Origin: Psilocybe cubensis | Lineage: Eukaryota | Assembly: GCA_017499595.2 (NCBI GenBank) | Contig: CM039008.1 | Coordinates: 2,604,001 to 2,668,000, forward strand | Direction: 5' to 3' | Length of the DNA stretch: 64,000 nucleotides | Shown here: positions 23,950 to 37,827 of the stretch, piece by piece | How the letters are laid out: every line of letters starts with the position of its first letter | Numbering within the stretch: the stretch's first letter is position 1 | Translations under genes and position numbers: made by a program | Notes under the pieces: generated by a model | Database searches by the model: none | Told to the model about the DNA's origin: nothing | The model's input: only the letters and a program-made list of their open reading frames with translations

Positions 23950-26900
23950 GTCTTGTCCTTTCCTTGTACTATCCTATCCTATCTAGATCGTAGAACCAGT
24001 CGTCCAAGAATGCAATATCCAACAGTAAACGACAGACAGACAAACGAGAGAAATAAGAAAAAAAGGGGAGAGGAAAAAGGGAAGTAGCAACGGAGAGAGC
24101 TACGCGCCAACAACGCTGCCTTTCTCACCTTCCCACCTGCGAAATGCGAACGCCCTTGTTACGTGACTGTCTCCTCTTCCCACGCCCTAAAATCGCTCTC
24201 TGTCACACTGCTTTCGTCATCCCCTCTCCCGGATATACGCTCTATCATACATGACGCTGTAAATCCTACTTGTTATCTTTTCCCCAGCCACTCTCCATCG
24301 AACCCATCCAAGAGACCGTATGTGATACTTATTCTTATTATTATTATTAGTGTTATTACCCCGGGCATACAACGGCGATAAGAGCGGTGCGAAAAAAATG
24401 CGCCATCTCCATCTCCATCTACCCATGCTATGATCGGCCCCAATCAATCCATCAACAACCCAATCCACCTTCCACACTCCCTAAAATCTATCAACATCAT
24501 CATCAAACTTCCTGCGCAGCCCAACCTCGACGGAATCAGATTCAATAATGGAAAATTTTTCGAAATCAGGGGTTCCCACATTGCTCCCCGCCCCGCCTTT
24601 ATACCCGACCCGCCGCCCGCGACGCGACGCGGGTGTATGTACTCACTCACTCACTTTTATTGTTGTCTTTATGTCTGGTTTAGAGTCTGATTATAGAAGC
24701 ATGCACTAAATATGACATACAAACCGACGTCAGTCTAAGTGGTTTCTAACAGTACAAGCTAACGCTTAGTATACCTTTATGCGACAAATTCCCCTAAGCG
24801 TGACCCATCACCCCTCTATACACTCCTCACTCCACACCACCCGCCATCCACATAAAATCCTGGATGATATCCCCTATAAAGCTACAATCTTCTCCCTCCT
24901 CGCTATAATCTTCTTCCCTCTTCTTCCTCCTGAATTGAGTCGCTTATAAAATCGAATGACCCAGACCATGGAAGCCCTCGTCCCTCAGCACTGAGCGCAG
25001 CGAGCGCAGTGATCAATACTTTCCAGAATCCAGCCTCACACTTGCACAGGTCAATGCACTTTCTACGATCGCATTCGTCCATCGTCTGTAAAATGCCCAT
25101 ACCCATCACGCCAACCATATCAGAGACCAATCGTCTGTCTAGTAATCTCCTGCTTCGAATAAGATGATATAAACATGCAATAAAATGCAATATAACAAAA
25201 AGCGCGTGTATTTATATTAACATTGAATGCTCACTCGAACGTTTAATATTTAACGTTTACCCTTCGACTCAATAGCATTGAGCAATTGCAGGTCAATCAT
25301 GCCTCGCTCGAGTATATGTCCCGACACTATATCTCATCTCATCCCACAACGCTCAACGCTCAACTCTCAACTCTCGACTCTCGACTCTCGACTCTCAACT
25401 CTCAACTCTTGACTCTTGACTCTCGACTCTCGACTCTTGTAATAAAACCAAAACCAAAATTAATCTCCCTTACAAAGGACGGTACAGCTGACGTTGACAT
25501 TGGCCGTTACAGTTTTTACACCATCACGAATCACGAATCACGAATCATGAATCATGAATCATGATCAGCACTCAGCTCTTCGAATTAGTAAAGCGATCCG
25601 TAAACAACGAACAATGACATGCTATGGGTGTAATCCATAAACCAAAATTCAAGAATACATGTATTCCAATAGAACAAAATATAACGCAGTGTTTAACACA
25701 TTAACATCAACTCGAAGCGACTGGAACGAACGTACCGCGACGAACGAACCAACTACAGGCACAGGCTCACTGGTATACGGAAATGGAGAGGAGCAGAAAC
25801 CACAGCCTTACCAGACTCCAGTAGTCCACCCAAACTCGTTGGATATTTTTGCAAAAAGACGAACAGACAAACGAGAATCTGTATCCCCGTCCCCGGCCGG
25901 TCCCCCCAAAACCTTTATTCCGAATCTGATTTCTCGAAGGATTCACTGTAAATTTTAAAGTGGTTTAGGGTTTGGAAGCGCTGTAGTACGTATATGAACA
26001 AAACGTGCATTTTTTTGGCGGAGCGGGAGAGGAGAGGAGAGGAGAGGATTGAGAATTAGAACTAGAATTAGAACTAGTGCAGCGGGAATTACAGTAAGAT
26101 TAGACGTTTCGTTTAGACCCTAGACGTCTTCAGTACTCACTCCTCATCGACACCTGCCGTTGCCAGAGAACACATGGCCTTGGCAGCATCAACACTCTTG
26201 AGTTCACCAAGTACACATACACATAGATTCATAGTGCATGAAATAAAAAAACAATGTTGTAAGAGATAGAGACTGAAATAGTTAGACCATCTTCTTTTCA
26301 AGTAGTGTTTTGGTCTCGTTCGAGCAATTCTGTCAAATCGCACCATATTTATCAAAAATAATATCACAAATAACCAATATGCTGGCTAATTTGCCCTAAT
26401 TTGCACCTTATTTTTTCAATCTTACCTACGTGGGCTAATTCACACTGTACAGGGCTAAATGTAGGTAAAAGTGCAAATTTGGTAGAATTTGGCATTGTTT
26501 GTGCCGGTTATCACCCCCGAGAAAGTTGCTTTCGGTCGTGGCAACAAAACAAAAACAACTAGAAGGATAGAGAGAGAAACACCCAAAGGTCGACTCCTCC
26601 ATCTCCATCTCCAACTCAAACTCGGCACACCTCCATCCATCCCTTGGCCTTCCCAATCAGAAGTTTAGAACCCCGCTCAATATCAACGCCTTGCAACTTG
26701 CAACTTGGCACTAAAGAAAGCACTCATTAACATTTACCGGTATCCAACCACATCCTCCCAATCCCCAACACCGCGCACACGACCATCTCCCGTCCAATGA
26801 TAGGAGCTACCCTACCGTCGTCACACTTTCGCCCCCTCCCAAGTTCCAACACCGGTACCCTGGTAACGCAACCGACCTGCAGTGCCAAGCGCTTCAGCCA

Positions 26901-28129
26901 AGTGTGATGCCAATGGTTCCAGGTGTTCAGGTGTTGTGGACCGTGGTGTTCCCAGCGGGAACGAATTTGTAGGCTAATTACCTCTTTAACAGGGGTCTAC
27001 TAGTACTGGTAAGCTTATTGCGAAGAGGTATAGGAAACTTGCTGGATATATGCGCATGCGGATGGGTGCTACTACACCCCTTCAAAGCCCAATTCTCTCC
27101 TTCAACGTTCACCAAATCTTCCACGTCTGAAAGGCATTGAAAGGACAGCCGACGGACAAATCCCAAATCCCAAATCCCAAATCCCAAATCTCAAATCCCA
27201 AATCTCAAAGCTGATCTAGAACCCCAATGGACCTACACACCCCCAATGCCGTCTGCAACCGACGCGGCCAAAACCCTCATCCCACACGGCCCATTCCAAT
27301 ATCCCCCCACCCAAGGTCCCAAGCACACCACATCGCGCTTGGCCGCTCCTCTCAAGCCCATCACGTCGTCTTCAGCCAAAGGAAGGCATTACCGCATATT
27401 GCCACTGGACAAGCAGGGCTGCGCTGGCTCAGGCGCCCCATTCACAACGCAACGCAACGCAACGCAGCGCAGCGCGCCCGACCGAGGAGGTGGTACCGCC
27501 CAAGTCTATCCCACCTTTGTCTCTCCGAGTTTCTGTATCCGCTGTTCTGGTGCTGGTATGGTATGGTGCGCTGCACCCGTCCCACAGGCTCGGGTCAATA
27601 AGCGCCCATTGACCGTTGACACGAAACCAGATACGTCGGATATGGACACCCACCCACACATACCAACCTACAAATTCCCCTCTCCCGCCTATACACACAC
27701 GCACGAGGAAAACGATTGATAATTTCGTTCCACGCCCCTTCTCCGTATCCCCCCCCCCTACTCACCCAGTGTGTATGGAATATTCGCTAGGTTACGTGTG
27801 ACGTATGTCGGTGCGCGATACATACTTGGCGGCGACTCGTGGACTGCTTGGCCTTTTTTTGCTTTTGGATGCGCGGGCGCGGGAGGTTATTTAAATAGCG
27901 CGGGTGGGAGGGCGGATGGGGTGTGCGAAGTGCGCTCTCTCTCTCTCTCTTTCCCCCCTTTTTTCCTTTTATTTTTCCTTTTCCCTTCTTCCTGTCTACG
28001 CGACTGTGTCGCCGTCCCTCCCTCCTTCCTAAATCCAATTTCATTTTTTTCTCTCGCGTGTGTCTTCATTACACGGCTAGCCCGGACCCCCCATCCCATC
28101 TGTACTTCATCCCTAAAGGCTATAACACA

Positions 28130-29844
28130 ATGCATCTCCTCCCTTTCGCTCTCATCGCGGCCCAAGTGGCTGCTACCCTCGCTCGGCCTCTGGAGGCGAG
28201 ACATCGGGCGTTCAACGCTGTCAAGAACGGCGCGACAAAGACAAAGGCGCTGACGTCCGCCGCTGCGTCGCCTAGCGCTACCGCTCCCCCGGCTAATGCT
28301 GAAGGCGATAAAAACGAGCTTGGTGCGTTATTTTGTTGCTTTTGCTTTTGCTTTTCGCTTTCGATTTTCGATTTTCGCTTTTGCTTTTGGTGTATGAGAA
28401 TTTGTGTGTGTGGAGGGACTTACGATTGTATTTTTTTTTGTTTTGGTTGTGATGTGTAGAGATTGAAGGCAAGTTTGGTACTGCGGTCGCGTTGGGAGGC
28501 GGGGACATCAAGACGGACGTGCTATTCCCCAAAGGCGTACGTGCTCCGACCATCTACATTGTCCTCCACCATGCCATACCATACTAACCCAATGTCCACC
28601 CGCCCCCACCTCACTTTTACAGACCGTCGGCGTATTCGAAGTCGAATTCCAAGACAAGAACGCGAATACGGTGACTGTGACGGAGAACAAGACGCCCGGG
28701 TTCGCACCTGCTGGATTCAAGTTCCTCGATCCGTCAAGCTATAAAGTCGCGCTGGGAAAGAGCGCGGATAATCTGACGCTGCAGAAGATCGATTTCATCT
28801 TTGATGCTATTCGTGCGTGCTGACTCCGTTACCTGCGATGATTTGATTAGTGGGCGGATTGATGACCCCTTTTGTTTGTTTTGTTTTTTTGTGATTAGTT
28901 CCTGCGTTGAAGGATGTGGACACGTCCAAGTCGCGCGTGGGCAAGTTGTGCACTGAGACGAACACGTTCGTGATCAGCGAGGCGCTCGGCGAGGAAGAGT
29001 TCGAGGTTGAGGAGAACGAGGTCACGTTGACTGTCAAGGTAAGTCACGGTCTGCCCTCCTACCCTACTACCCCCGTCCTTTTCATGCCCCAGCACAACAC
29101 GATTCTAATGTAACTTGCGTTTATTTCTCGTAGAGCTTGAATGGCGAATGGGCTGTGTTCATTCCTACAGCGCAAGCTGCCACCGGCGATGCAAAGGAGG
29201 AGAAGGGTACGTTGTTTTGATGACTTGATGTTGGATTTTATTCACTGACTTGACGCGTACGATTTTAAACTAGACGAGACTATCATCGAGAGTACGTTCG
29301 ATAAAGCCACCGCTACTCCAGCTGGAAATAAGAAGACCGACATTTTGTTCCCTGCCAATGTACGTCTCCACCCTCCTCTGCCTTGAGATATCATCCGCTC
29401 AATCCTTCTCCTTATCTTTTCACTTAAAAGGCCGCCGGCCAATTCGAAGTCGAAGTCAACGCGACAGCCGCCAACGCCATCACCGTCAAAACCAACCCAA
29501 ACCCCGTCGCCCCACCCAAAGGCTTCCTCTTCGTCGACCCCGTATCCTACCAAATATCCACCTCAAGCAAGACATCCACCGCGACGGACAAAGTCAAAGT
29601 AGACTACTTCTTCAGCGCGGCGGTGCGCGCGGCCGCGGACATCAAGCAGGGTGTCATTGGCAAGCTCGACGCGGCGTCCGGCCAGTTTGTTGTGGATGTT
29701 AAGGCGCTTGGTGCGGGCTTTGAGTTTGAGGTTGAGGATGAGGAGAATGAGTGGACTTTGACTGTCCCGGATTTGAATGGCGAGTGGGCGATTTTGATCC
29801 CTCAGGCGGCGGTGCTTAAGGGCCCGACGACGTTGACGATTTGA
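28130..29844 (+). CDS. Secreted hypothetical protein with two tandem homologous beta-rich domains, multi-exon
   Basis: Signal peptide MHLLPFALIAAQVAATLA then RPLEAR. Repeat 1: KTDVLFP..VFEVE..P.GFKFLDPSSYKV..KIDF..VGKL..EENEVTLTV.SLNGEWAVFIP. Repeat 2: KTDILFP..QFEVE..PKGFLFVDPVSYQI..KVDY..IGKL..EENEWTLTVPDLNGEWAILIP. Confidence 0.85.
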
Positions 29845-31110
29845 AATGGTTGAGATGCTTTGACTCGCTCGTTTGAGTGATGGGTGGTGTGCATGGTGTT
29901 GATTGCGTTGTTTTGATGTCACATATGCATTGTACTTTTTTTTTTGTTCTGTTATTTCAATCACAATTCGAGCTTGAAGCGTGAATGGTTGAGGAGTGGA
30001 CTGGGTAATGGGAGTCAATGTGCAATAGCGCTCCAAAGAAATAGGGCTTAGAATGTTTGGAATAATGCTATTTACTGGTCAGTGGTCTATCGCTAAAATC
30101 ATCTTCCTCTTGGGTTTCTGTACGTCATGCCAGGTAAAATAAGCAACAGAGAGATTTTTTTTGGGGGGAAGGCGACAGTCTAATTTTAGAAATGAATATA
30201 GATGCTGAATGGGGCTTGTTTCGGAGCATGAAAGTACGAATGAATCCTCCCTGGTTCATTATTGGAACTGAAGCCATTGACTTTAAAGTCTGTATATCAT
30301 CTACCTCAATTGAGTTCAAGCCGAGTTAGTTGGACGTTGACTGCAAGCCCACACTTCAGGGGCGGGCGGACTCACAACGGGCCGAATATTTAACTCACGT
30401 GGCCCATTTTTTTCTCGTTCATCTGCCAACAGTCGGCTCCAGGCCGGGTCCACTGTTGCTTGACTCCCACCAAATTCTAAACATGATACATTAACAATCT
30501 GACAAGGATCCTGGAGAAATTACCCCACCATTACCGCACTTTCCCTCTCAAATGTCTCTCAATGTTGATGTGGGCTTCAATATCATCATCATCCTGGCGC
30601 GATCTCTGTTACTCTTGACAGCGCAAACCTCCTACGAAACACCCTGTTTCAGAACCACTCTCCTTTGCACATCTACATGGCATTTCCGAAACTTTGCCTT
30701 GCACTGATGTATTGAGTGCATCTCCCGAATGCACATCCAAGGCGTCCCGGCACGTATTCTGTGACATAACCGGAAACCATCGTCGACTGATCGTGAATCT
30801 ATTTTAAACAGCATATCGCATGGTTCTTGTGGTCCAACTTTATACTGGACCGCTCCCATGATGGAATTAGAAGTACTCCATGGTGCTTCTTGTATGCATT
30901 TAACACCTGGAGCATACGGGCGCTTCAGTCCCATGACCTCTCCTTTTTGACTCTTTGGGGTTAGGATGCACAAACATCTAGATTGAAGTCAGGAAACGGA
31001 AATGTACGTTAACTCATGAGAATGAGTATAAACCGCTGTGCTGTGGAGAAAGTAGGTTTGTCTTGCACTTGCCTTCTTTAAGCACTACGCCCACGACAGG
31101 CCAGTTGACT

Positions 31111-33504
31111 ATGGGGGTCAGTTTTCCTAGTTATTTCGTCCAATTCGAGTGAAAGCTGATCTTCTTTCTTAAAGCAATTTACGACATATAATGCTAGGAT
31201 TGCATCTAACCCAGTATGTATATTCTGTGGTCTGAAGGATACCGGTGTTCATTGGCGTGCAGTATGTTGTGGGTTCGTTTGCCTGCATTGGAGGAGGTCT
31301 ATTTGGTTTAGACATTTCCTCAATGTCGGGTGTGCTAAACGTGAGTTCAGTTCATTCTTGTCTTGTTCATTCTTGTCTTTCATAGCTTTCTAACGGAAAA
31401 CGTGCCACTTCAGAACCCTTCATACCTCTCGACATTCAACTTCGTGAGTACCTGAATTCATGCCTTCCTCGAGATGTACTAACATTCATTCTTTAGCCCG
31501 GCCCATCTGCACAAGGTGGTATCGTCGCTGCCATGCCCGCAGGCTCCTTGGTGGGGTCTCTCGCAGTTACTCAGTTAGCAGATAGGATAGGCAGAAAGAA
31601 GACTGTCATTTTGGCTGGCCTCATCTGGGTCATCGGGTCAATTATTCAATGCGCTTCGGTGGTACGTACGTCGCAAATGTAGTGTACCCTCGTCATCTAA
31701 TCGCACTTCATTTTTTGATAGGATCGTGGAATGCTTGTCGTTGGTCGTATCATCTCAGGTATCTCGGTCGGCCTGTCCAGTGCCGTCGTTCCAATATATC
31801 AATCCGAGATCACCGCCCCTGCTATTCGAGGTCGAATGGTTTCCTTGCAGCAATGGTCTATCACTTGGGGCATTCTCATACAGTACTTTATTCAATTCGG
31901 TTGCTCTTACATCCATGGCGTCGCGTCGTTCCGTATCCCATGGGGCCTGCAAATGATTCCTGCCATTATCCTCAGTTTGGGTATGACTGTCTTCCCTGAG
32001 AGTCCCCGTTGGCTTTTCGACCACGGCTAGTTCGTCTTTTCATATCTATCGTAAATTGCTTTGCTTTGCTCATTTTAATTTTAGCGAAGAGGAAGCTCTA
32101 CAAGTTCTGGCTGATTTGCACGGTGGAGGTAACACAAAGAATGAACTTGTGGTACTTGAATACGAGGAAATTAAACAACAAGTTAGTTTAATTCTTTACT
32201 TTTGGATACTTTTGGATGTTATACGTCGAGCTTACATTTTGAAAGGTTTACTTTGAGCGTACTGAGGGAGCCAAATCATACCTGGACCTTCTGAAGGGAG
32301 GAAACCCTCGTCGTGTCATGCTCGGAATGAGTCTTCAAATGTGGTCTCAGCTTTGCGGAATGAACATCATGATGTGAGAATTATTGTATCTTCCAATCAA
32401 GGTATCGTGACTGATGTCGTTCAGGTACTACATTATATATGTGTTCGAGGGAGCTGGTCTGACTGGTATTCGCACTAACCTCATCGCTGATGTACGTCTG
32501 TATCATGTTATCTTTCGAACAGCACTAATGAAGTGACATAGTCCGTCCAATACGTTTTGAACGTTGCTCTCACTGGTACGCTACGTCTACCTTTTTTTTA
32601 AAATCAGAGCTGACGTACGGTTCCAACCAGTACCCGCGATTATCTACATCGATAAATGGGGTCGCAGACCCATGCTCCTTGTCGGAACTTTGCTCATGGG
32701 CTTCTGGATGTTCCTGGTTGGTGGTCTCCAAGGTCGCTTTGGACATTGGTCGACTCCCGACTCGAATGGAAGTTCCGTATGGGTCATCGATGGAAATCAA
32801 GCAGCGACAAAAGCTGTCATTGTTTGTTCATACCTCTTCGTCTGCAGGTACGCTAAACAATGTTTTTCTTTTTCTTTTTATGAATGTTCACCCCAATCTT
32901 CTCAGCTTCGCTATCACTATGGGCCCAGTGTCTTGGACGTACCCTGCCGAATTGGTATGTATTTTTTAAATTAGTGTTTCTCCTTGATCGGATGGCTTAT
33001 CACCGTTCTTGATTTACAGTACTCGTTGAAAGTCCGCGGAAAGGCCGTATCTCTTTCAACTGTAAGTCAGACCTCCTCCTTGACAGAATCCAGAGCTGAC
33101 TCTGCTTACAGGCATCCAATTGGGCCTTCAACACCGCTCTAGCCTTCGCCGTCCCTCCAGGCCTTAACAGCATTGCGTGGAAGACCTACTTTATTTTCGG
33201 CACATTCAACTTCGCGGCCTTCCTCCATGTCTTCTTCATGTTCCCCGAGACAGTCGGAAGGTCTCTGGAGGAGGTAGAAGAAATCTTCCAGCAAGGTCAC
33301 ACCTTCACAGCCTGGAGGATCGGTAAAGATGTCGGGAAGAAGACCCTCGCTGAAGTCGTGGAGAAATCAAGGGCTATATCGGTAGGTTTTATTCTCTCCT
33401 TCTCATGAGGTCTTTGACTGGTTCTTATCGATTTTCGACCGTGACAGGGTGCAAAAGGTGACGATTATAAGGAAGAAAAGCACTCTGAAGAGCATGTAGC
33501 ATGA
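31111..33504 (+). CDS. MFS sugar porter (high-affinity hexose transporter-like), many exons including micro-exons
   Basis: GGGLFGLDISSMSG, ADRIGRKK, GRIISG, PIYQSEITAP.IRGRMVSLQQW, FPESPRWL, QMWSQLCGMN, DKWGRRP, GPVSWTYPAE, FPETVGRSLEEV. First exon inferred as ATGGGG. Confidence 0.95.
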
Positions 33505-35043
33505 AGATGACCTGATAAGAGTGTCTCAATGTTCATGACGGATTTCTATTTCTTTATGATTTATGTGACGACATATGTAGTTTTACTACTTTCATATCAA
33601 TTGCTGTTCTGGAACTCAGTTTTGATGCACGCACCCCAAATCTCATGATTTAACATTTCCCCTGAATAAGTGGATACGAGGAGAGTAGCTTTTCTTAGCG
33701 TGTTCGTTAGTCGGTGTCCTGACTGACTCCAAAGGTTAAGGATTTTCTTTTTCAGATAGACGCAATTACGTGAAATAGTGAAGTGTTCAAAGTCAATTAG
33801 ACTATGTCGAACCTTGAATGCCTGGTACTTACATGAGTATATCGGCCGTCTTAATCCGCTCCGGTTGGCTAGAGGAAAGGCCGTACTTCCAGTTTAAAAA
33901 CTTGTTATGATCTTCTTTACATCTGACCCTAGATGAGAACGACACCCCCTTGATCGGGCGTCTCTTGAAGCCGGATCAATGTCAATCCGCCCACCCTAAC
34001 TCCCAAACCAAACCTTGTAATCCTCGTTAAAAACACGGACAGGTATATGGTCCAGTGGGTCCGAGAAAATGATGAGAATTTAAAGATTTGACAAAAACGT
34101 TTGGGAACTGCGGTTCCTGAATGCATCGTACGTTTCGGTAGCCCTGATGTGCTGAAGATATTTGATGCCGTCATTAGAGTTGAGCGATGTCTTTGATCCT
34201 ATACAGAAATTCGGGCTTCTCCAATATTTCACAGTGATCCCTAGCTACTGACATGGATATTATTTGTATAAGGAGGTTGACTTTGCGATGGCAGTTCGTC
34301 AGTGTTCAGTGACCAAGACCAACATTGATAAAAATGACAATGACGTCATCTTCCTATGAACCCCTAACAAGTCCAAACCCGAATATAAAAACCATCGGTA
34401 AAGATCATTTCTATCCAACACATTCACCACACTTTGTATCATTTTTTGGTCGTACAGCACAACGCATAATCAAGAGGAATAACGTGAGCTGATTTTTCAT
34501 ACGATTCTTCTTAAACCCGGTGAAAAATGGGCGATAACTAGATCCATACTCAGCTGGCTATATTTGTGATCATCACGGTACCATGAAATCTACACATTAT
34601 CTGTGGCACGTTTGAACATTCCAGTACCCTCAGTAGAAGGGAAGCTCTTATCCTTCCATAAGCATGTGCCTCGAAGTCGAGACGACCGCCGGTTACAACG
34701 TCGCTCCACCTATAATGTCTCGTTTTCCCCACGGCTCGTGTCAACGACAGCATTATCAAAGAATTGAATCGTCATTCCCACATTGTCTTGAGGATCTAAT
34801 TATGATTTGCAGAGTTTTTTGTCCATCGAAGGTTGATATCGCAGTGTGGTGACAGCTAATCATGACGGGTAATTAGCGACTTTGCGCTTCCGCACGCACA
34901 CACGCCCGCATGTACTATTGATTTATCTCTCGCTATTTCAATCGTTTCCTTGTCAAAGAATTCGGCCAGCGGATTAGAGATTCACATGCAGGCAAAGCTG
35001 CGCGTGTATTTGCACTATTTAATAGAAGGATGAGGTGTCCTCT

Positions 35044-35978
35044 ATGCATTATTCCCCAATGTTTCGATCACTACTTGTTCTTCCCGCCCTCGTAGCATCC
35101 TCCTATGCACTAGTCTCGGCTGTAGACTCGTCTCAGCTTGTATCTACTGCTACATACTCGAAAGCTCTTGGGGAAGGATTCACCAAAGCTATCATCCGCG
35201 GCTATGAAGAAGCCTGCGGTGTAGGAGGGGAAGTCGACCCTAACTTTGTTAGCTCATACAACAACGCTCGGGCAGCAGGCTATACCGATATTGATACCTA
35301 CTGGTTCCCATGCAATGGATCGGGAAACAACTGCAAATCGTATGCCACCCAGCTTGCTGAGCTGGGCGCTACATTCAATGCCCACTCTATGAAAATTGGT
35401 ACTATCTGGATCGATTTGGAGAAGGACTCGGTGTGCAACAACGTAAATACAGATTTTGAATTCCGTTGACTCTAACTGAGTAACCCTTGTAAATTATCTC
35501 CAGTGGAACTATGGAACAGCAGGAAATCAAGCACAGGCACAATCGCTCATTGCCGCAATGAAGGCCACCGGATTTAATTTCGGTATCTACAGCACCCCAG
35601 GGGCAAGTGACTTTCGTACATTTAGCTATTTCACTGGAGGCTTACTGAGAAGCTTATGACTTAGGAATGGAGTAGTATGTTTGGATCAACAAGCTTCGTG
35701 CTTGATAACGCTGCTCCATTGTGGTTTGCTACCTTCAACAATGTCCAGGTTAGCAATTCCACTTCTTCATAATTACTTCATCTGCTCACAGACTGCCGGA
35801 TCTCTTTGCAGAGTCTGACTCTTGGGACTCCATTTGGAGGGTACGTTAATGCTTACACTTAGGCGTATGATTACTGACACATTAGTTCCGTTTACCTAGG
35901 TGGACCAGTGCAGTCGGTCACCAGTACACCGACCAGTCTGCGTCCGGATTATTCGACCTTAGTGTCTTCGCCCACTAG
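35044..35978 (+). CDS. Secreted GH25 lysozyme/muramidase, multi-exon (alternative ATG at 35059)
   Basis: Signal peptide; AVDSS (first Asp), IIRGY, VDPNF...YNNARAAG, DTYWFPC, IWIDLE (DxE), FGIYS...EW, PLWFATF, PFGGWT...HQY; ends FDLSVFAH*. Confidence 0.9.
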
Positions 35979-36598
35979 GCAGTTTATTTGTCTGACGGCT
36001 TATTCGACCAAAAAACAATTGAATTTGTCGCGTAATTGTCGTAATAAACGATAAAAAACAATTCTTCTTCAATTTATGCGGGAATAATTACAATCATTTC
36101 GGTCAAGAACCGTGTAGCTTCTTACTGACCGTGACCACAATCAGTCAGTATAAAATCACCATTGACTCCATCTGCCTCGAAGTTTGATCCGGTGAAGTTG
36201 TATCTTGTATGACGCTGTTGACAATTGTTCGTGGGCATCGTCCTGGACGCGTTTAGGGGCTTTGAGTATCACGTGATCTATTACTTAAACAGCTTGCCAA
36301 GTAAACACTGTAGGTGTTTGTCCAGTGTCACTCTGTGTTCTACGACTTCGACTGCACACCTCTTCTTCACCTTTACATGTTACAGTCAGTATCAACGTCA
36401 GCGGTATGATATGGAAGTGATGTTAGGGAAGAAAACGCCAGAAATTCTCTATCCTGTGACGCCAAGGTTGTAATGTTTGTCACATTTTATCGTATATTTC
36501 GAAACCATTGGAAGGGCATGGAAACATTGCTTTGTATACAAGGTTGTAACGTCTTCGTGAATACATAGTCTACATAACTCGGCGACGAATCTTGCATA

Positions 36599-37827
36599 AT
36601 GTCTCAAGCACAACCCTCCACCCCGAACGATTCCCCTGAACGCACTGCAAAACGAGCTCGGGTGGATTCGAAACCAGGAGACTTCGACCAATCCTCAAAT
36701 GCCACAAACAAGGGAAATCATTCGGACAGATTCTGGTTCGACGATGGGAATGTTGTGCTTCAAGTCGAAAGCACTCTATTTCGGGTGCATCGCGGTGTAC
36801 TCGCACGTCACTCGCCGGTATTTCGCGATATGTTTAAGCTCCCGCAACCGCCACTTAGCCAGGAGGAAATGGTTGACGGATGTCCCTCTGTTGAATTGCC
36901 TGGGGATAGAAGAGGTGATTGGGTTAATATCTTCACTTTGATCTATGATCATGAAACGTATGTCACTCTTTGAGGGTTTTTCAATCGAATTCACCCTCTT
37001 TCCCTGATATAGGAGCTACAATAACAAAGACAACTTTAACCTGCCCGTGCTTACGTCCATGCTTCGTCTAGGACGCAAGTACCAACTGGACGTCATCTAT
37101 AAAGCTGCCGTTTCTCGCCTGAAAGCTGTTGTGCCGACGACCTTCCAGGAACTGACGAAGAACACATCAAACCCTCATGCTCTCCTGAAGGCGGATGACA
37201 ATTTATTCAACCTTCTATCTGTAGTCTTAGAACTCGGAATTCAAAGGTTCATGCCTATGCTATTCTATTATTGCATAAGCGAGTTTAGTTTGGTGCGTGC
37301 TTCCCAAAAGGTCGTTGATACAGTATATGTCATATTAATTCCCGGACCTTCAACTATAGGAACAAATTCTTAAACAGCATTCCGGGCCAAATTCTAAACT
37401 GCCATATGACTGCATTGTAAAGTTGGTCCTTGGAAGGGAAAGCCTCATCTCATCCATCAACAACAACCACCTTTCGTGGGCTCTAGCCGCAGACATTACA
37501 GCTGGTGGAAAGTGCAAAAGCATGAGTATGCAGTACTACGGATCCTCAAACCCGTGCAAGCTCTTCAGAGCAAACGCTGCTACAGCCATCGTTATCAAAT
37601 CTGTCACCCCGGACGTTCGTCTTGCGCTGATGCCTGGCGATGCTGATTACCTCCGATTGTTTGAGGTAACGGACGGACAGGCAGCTAATCGTAATCATCA
37701 AGCAAGGCCTTGTGAGGAATGTGTAAAAGAAATATTCAGGCTTCAAAACGCGTATCGGAGCCGGGTATGGGACAACCTTCCGGCCTTCTTCCGGCTTCCG
37801 AAGTGGGAATCCTTGGAGGCATTGTAA
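36599..37827 (+). CDS. BTB/POZ-domain protein, copy A (3 exons)
   Basis: RFWFDDGNVVLQVESTLFRVHRGVLARHSPVFRDMFKLPQP...DGCP; MLRLGRKYQ; C-terminal CEEC...RVWDNLPAFFRLPKWE. Confidence 0.92.

Larger units (their letters stand above)
17540..28460. repeat. Microsatellite/homopolymer-dense island around the KRE6 gene
   Basis: Many poly-A runs of 15 nt or more and 5-7-mer stutters (CGAATGT, ACAATC, CTCGACT, AAATCCC, AGAGG, CGCAA). Confidence 0.8.

Noticed and set aside
22721-24087. Long plus-strand ORFs (440, 173, 158 aa)
   Set aside because: Antisense shadows of the GC-rich first exon of KRE6.
27227-27719. Overlapping 124- and 157-aa ORFs upstream of the secreted two-domain gene
   Set aside because: No motifs or splice support, and they contain CGCAA stutters; probably non-coding upstream sequence.
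30420-30980. Possible degraded coding remnant upstream of the sugar transporter (similar impressions at 2.4-2.8, 13.3-13.9 and 33.9-34.3 kb)
   Set aside because: No frame gave a recognisable motif; BLASTX would be needed.
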